Assembly: GCA_963663235.2 (NCBI GenBank)
Contig: CAXXNO010000006.1
Span: forward strand, 96,001-160,000
Reading direction: 5' to 3'
DNA from: Dehalococcoidia bacterium
GTDB lineage: Bacteria; Chloroflexota; Dehalococcoidia; Bin125
Length of the DNA: 64,000 nt
This document shows positions 61,936 to 64,000 of the stretch, piece by piece; within the stretch, counting starts at the first letter, position 1; each line of letters begins with the position of its first letter. Made by a program: the position numbers and the translations under genes. The notes beneath the pieces are model-generated. The model was not told the DNA's origin, ran no database searches, and worked only from the letters and a program-made list of their open reading frames with translations.

Positions 61936-62922
61936 TTAGGCCGGGAGCGGGCGGAGGGGGAGATCGAGGACGGTGAGGAGACCACGGGGGGCGGACGGGA
62001 CGACGCGAGCAGCGCCGAGAATGGTGGCGGCGGTGGCGTCGTCGCCGAAGACGCCGCCCTCGATGCGAAGGCGCAGGGGCGGGGTGCCGTCGACGTCGAT
62101 GAGGTCGTAGTCGGCGTCGACGCCGGCGTGGGCCTCGAAGTGGAAGCGCACGCTGCGGCCGTCGGACGTGGCACCGCTGAGGGTCTGGCGGGTGCCGAGC
62201 ACGGGGCCGATGGGGTCGTCGGGCGGCACGGGCTCGAGCGTTTCGCGCCAGTCGTCGATGCGCCAGTCGAGAGCGGCGGCGATCAAGCGGGCGCTCTCCT
62301 GGAGGCCCACGTGGCCGAAGGCGCCGCTCTCGGCGAGGCGGTCGTACTCATCGCGGGGGAGGTTCATGCCCACCTTGCGTTGAAACTGCACGCGGCGGGT
62401 TTTGGGGTTCTGCACGCGCTCCACGGTGACCGAGCGGATGGAGTGCGCGGCCTGCGCCAGCATGACCGCCAGCCGGTCCATGACGAAGCCGGGGTTGACG
62501 CCCGTGCCGACAAGCGTGCGCTCCGCCGATCGCGCTGTGTCGTGGAGGCGACTGCTGAGCTCCGGGTGGCGGGCGAAGGGGTAGGCGAGCTCCTCACAGG
62601 TGGAGACGACGTGGAGGCGGAGTCGCAGGGCCTGATCGAGTTGCGGGGCGACGCGATCGAGGTAGGAGCCGGTCGCGTGGAGGAGGACGGGGGAGGCGGA
62701 ATCGGGGAGGGCGGCCGCATCAAGCGCTTCGGCTAGGGTGTCGCGCACGGTGATGCCGCCTGTCGCGCCAGAGACGACCTGGGCGAGATCACGGCCGACG
62801 ATGGAACCGGCGACATCGACTGCGCCCACGAGGCGGAAGGCGGGGTGTGCCTGGGCGGCGAGGAGGATCTTTGCGCCGATGGGGCCGAGGCCCTGTACGA
62901 GCGTGGGAATCGGGTCCGGCAT
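61936..62922 (-). CDS. DapB-like / 2,4-diaminopentanoate dehydrogenase-family NAD(P) oxidoreductase
   Basis: GLGPIG, VVSTCEEL.YP, GTGVNPGFVMD, FQRKVG, GDDATA. Confidence 0.8.
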   Translation of the reverse strand: MPDPIPTLVQGLGPIGAKILLAAQAHPAFRLVGAVDVAGSIVGRDLAQVVSGATGGITVRDTLAEALDAAALPDSASPVLLHATGSYLDRVAPQLDQALRLRLHVVSTCEELAYPFARHPELSSRLHDTARSAERTLVGTGVNPGFVMDRLAVMLAQAAHSIRSVTVERVQNPKTRRVQFQRKVGMNLPRDEYDRLAESGAFGHVGLQESARLIAAALDWRIDDWRETLEPVPPDDPIGPVLGTRQTLSGATSDGRSVRFHFEAHAGVDADYDLIDVDGTPPLRLRIEGGVFGDDATAATILGAARVVPSAPRGLLTVLDLPLRPLPA

Positions 62923-62925
62923 GGC

Positions 62926-63252
62926 CTACTTGAGCGGCGAGAAGTCGGTGGGCTTGAGGAAGCGGTTGGTGATGACGCTCGTGAGCAGACCATCGACCTC
63001 GGATTGGGCCTTGGCGCGCTGCCAGTCCGGGTCGGCCAAGAAGGCGGCGAAGGCGCGGTCGCGGTGGGCGGCGTCGTCGAAGACGAGCATGTAGACGAGC
63101 TCGTCGCTGCGGCCGCCGACGTGGTTGAGCCAGTAGCCGACTTCGGTGATGCCGTGCTTCTTGAAGAGGGCGGAGGTGTGGTCGCGGAAGCGGGCGAGGA
63201 GGGCGTCGAGCTTGCCGGGTGCGGCTTGGTAGATGCGGAGTTCGTAGATCAT
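62926..63252 (-). CDS. NIPSNAP family protein
   Basis: MIYELRIY...PGK, FLADPDW, LKPTDFSPLK. Confidence 0.9.
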   Translation of the reverse strand: MIYELRIYQAAPGKLDALLARFRDHTSALFKKHGITEVGYWLNHVGGRSDELVYMLVFDDAAHRDRAFAAFLADPDWQRAKAQSEVDGLLTSVITNRFLKPTDFSPLK

Positions 63253-63324
63253 CGGGATGCGCAGGCCCCTTCCCATGCGGCGTCGAACGGGATGCGTCGT
63301 CGAGACGACGAGTCGCCGGGCATG

Positions 63325-64000
63325 TTAGCGCACGGCGGAGCCAACGGGTGCGGGGGCGTCCGCGTAGGCGTCGCCTTCGGCGAGGGCGTAGGAGGCATCG
63401 AGGAGCTGGATGGCGTGGAGGGAGCGGCGGGGCTCACCGTCCGCGTCGTCCGCCGGAGGTGCGCCGAAGAGGCGGAGGCCGGCGTCCAGTTGGACCATGC
63501 AGCCCGGGTTGGCGGTGCAGACGAGGTCGGCGCCGGTGGCGTTGACATCGTCCATCTTGGTGCGGAGGAGGCGCCGGGCGAGGTCACGCTGGACCACGGA
63601 ATAGATGCCGGCGCTGCCACAGCATCGGTCGGGGTTTGCCATCTCCCGCAACTCGAGGCCGGGGATGCGGCGCAGGATCTCGCGCGGCGCGTCCGTGACC
63701 TGCTGGGCGTGCACCAAGTGGCAGGAGTCTTGGTAGGTGACCGAGCAGTGAAGCGCGCCCTGGGGCGAGTCGAAGCCGATCTCGACCAGGTACTCGTGCA
63801 CGTCCTTGACCAGCGCGGCGAAGCGCTCCGCCTTCTCGGCGTAGGCGGCGTCGTTGCGGAGGAGGTGGGCGTACTCCTTCATGTGCGAGCCGCAGCCGGC
63901 GGAGTTGATGATGATGGCGTCCGGGTTCAAGGGGAGGAAGCGGTCGATGTCGACGCGGGCGAGACGGCGGGCGGCTTCGGCGTCGCCGCTGTGGGCGTGA
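63325..64000 (-). CDS. GlcF-like Fe-S oxidoreductase with CCG domains, 5' end outside the window
   Basis: SAGCG, TYQDSCHL, CCGSAGIY, TANPGC..QL. Confidence 0.85.
   Translation of the reverse strand, partial: HAHSGDAEAARRLARVDIDRFLPLNPDAIIINSAGCGSHMKEYAHLLRNDAAYAEKAERFAALVKDVHEYLVEIGFDSPQGALHCSVTYQDSCHLVHAQQVTDAPREILRRIPGLELREMANPDRCCGSAGIYSVVQRDLARRLLRTKMDDVNATGADLVCTANPGCMVQLDAGLRLFGAPPADDADGEPRRSLHAIQLLDASYALAEGDAYADAPAPVGSAVR

Overview
GC-rich bacterial chromosome segment, by gene content probably Chloroflexota/Dehalococcoidia-like (inference). 1-30.5 kb is mostly housekeeping: Zn-ribbon protein, a degenerate large serine recombinase, rnhA, rnpB, murE, birA, hisDCB, purS/C/B/E/D, guaA, tsaC, rpiB-pgk-apgM-tpiA-miaA-dapF-dapL-hflX. 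30.5-64 kb is accessory: flavin/CoA catabolic enzymes, secreted repeat proteins, two inverted dead IS3-family copies and about ten mosaic REP-like palindrome arrays. Main signals: (1) at six or more loci a gene end, usually the 3' end, is duplicated and DNA sits between the working end and a stranded copy (rnhA, purS, wrbA, DUF192, a dehydrogenase, DUF1326); (2) a 16.2 kb inversion between the IS copies, supported by a split AAGA target duplication and a GC-skew flip; (3) IS decay dominated by A:T>C:G transversions; (4) a serine recombinase missing its catalytic arginines inside a core operon; (5) a shared ~65 aa module on four secreted proteins; (6) ATC/CTG start codons and a hidden 25-aa ORF. 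All alignments and counts were done by eye.
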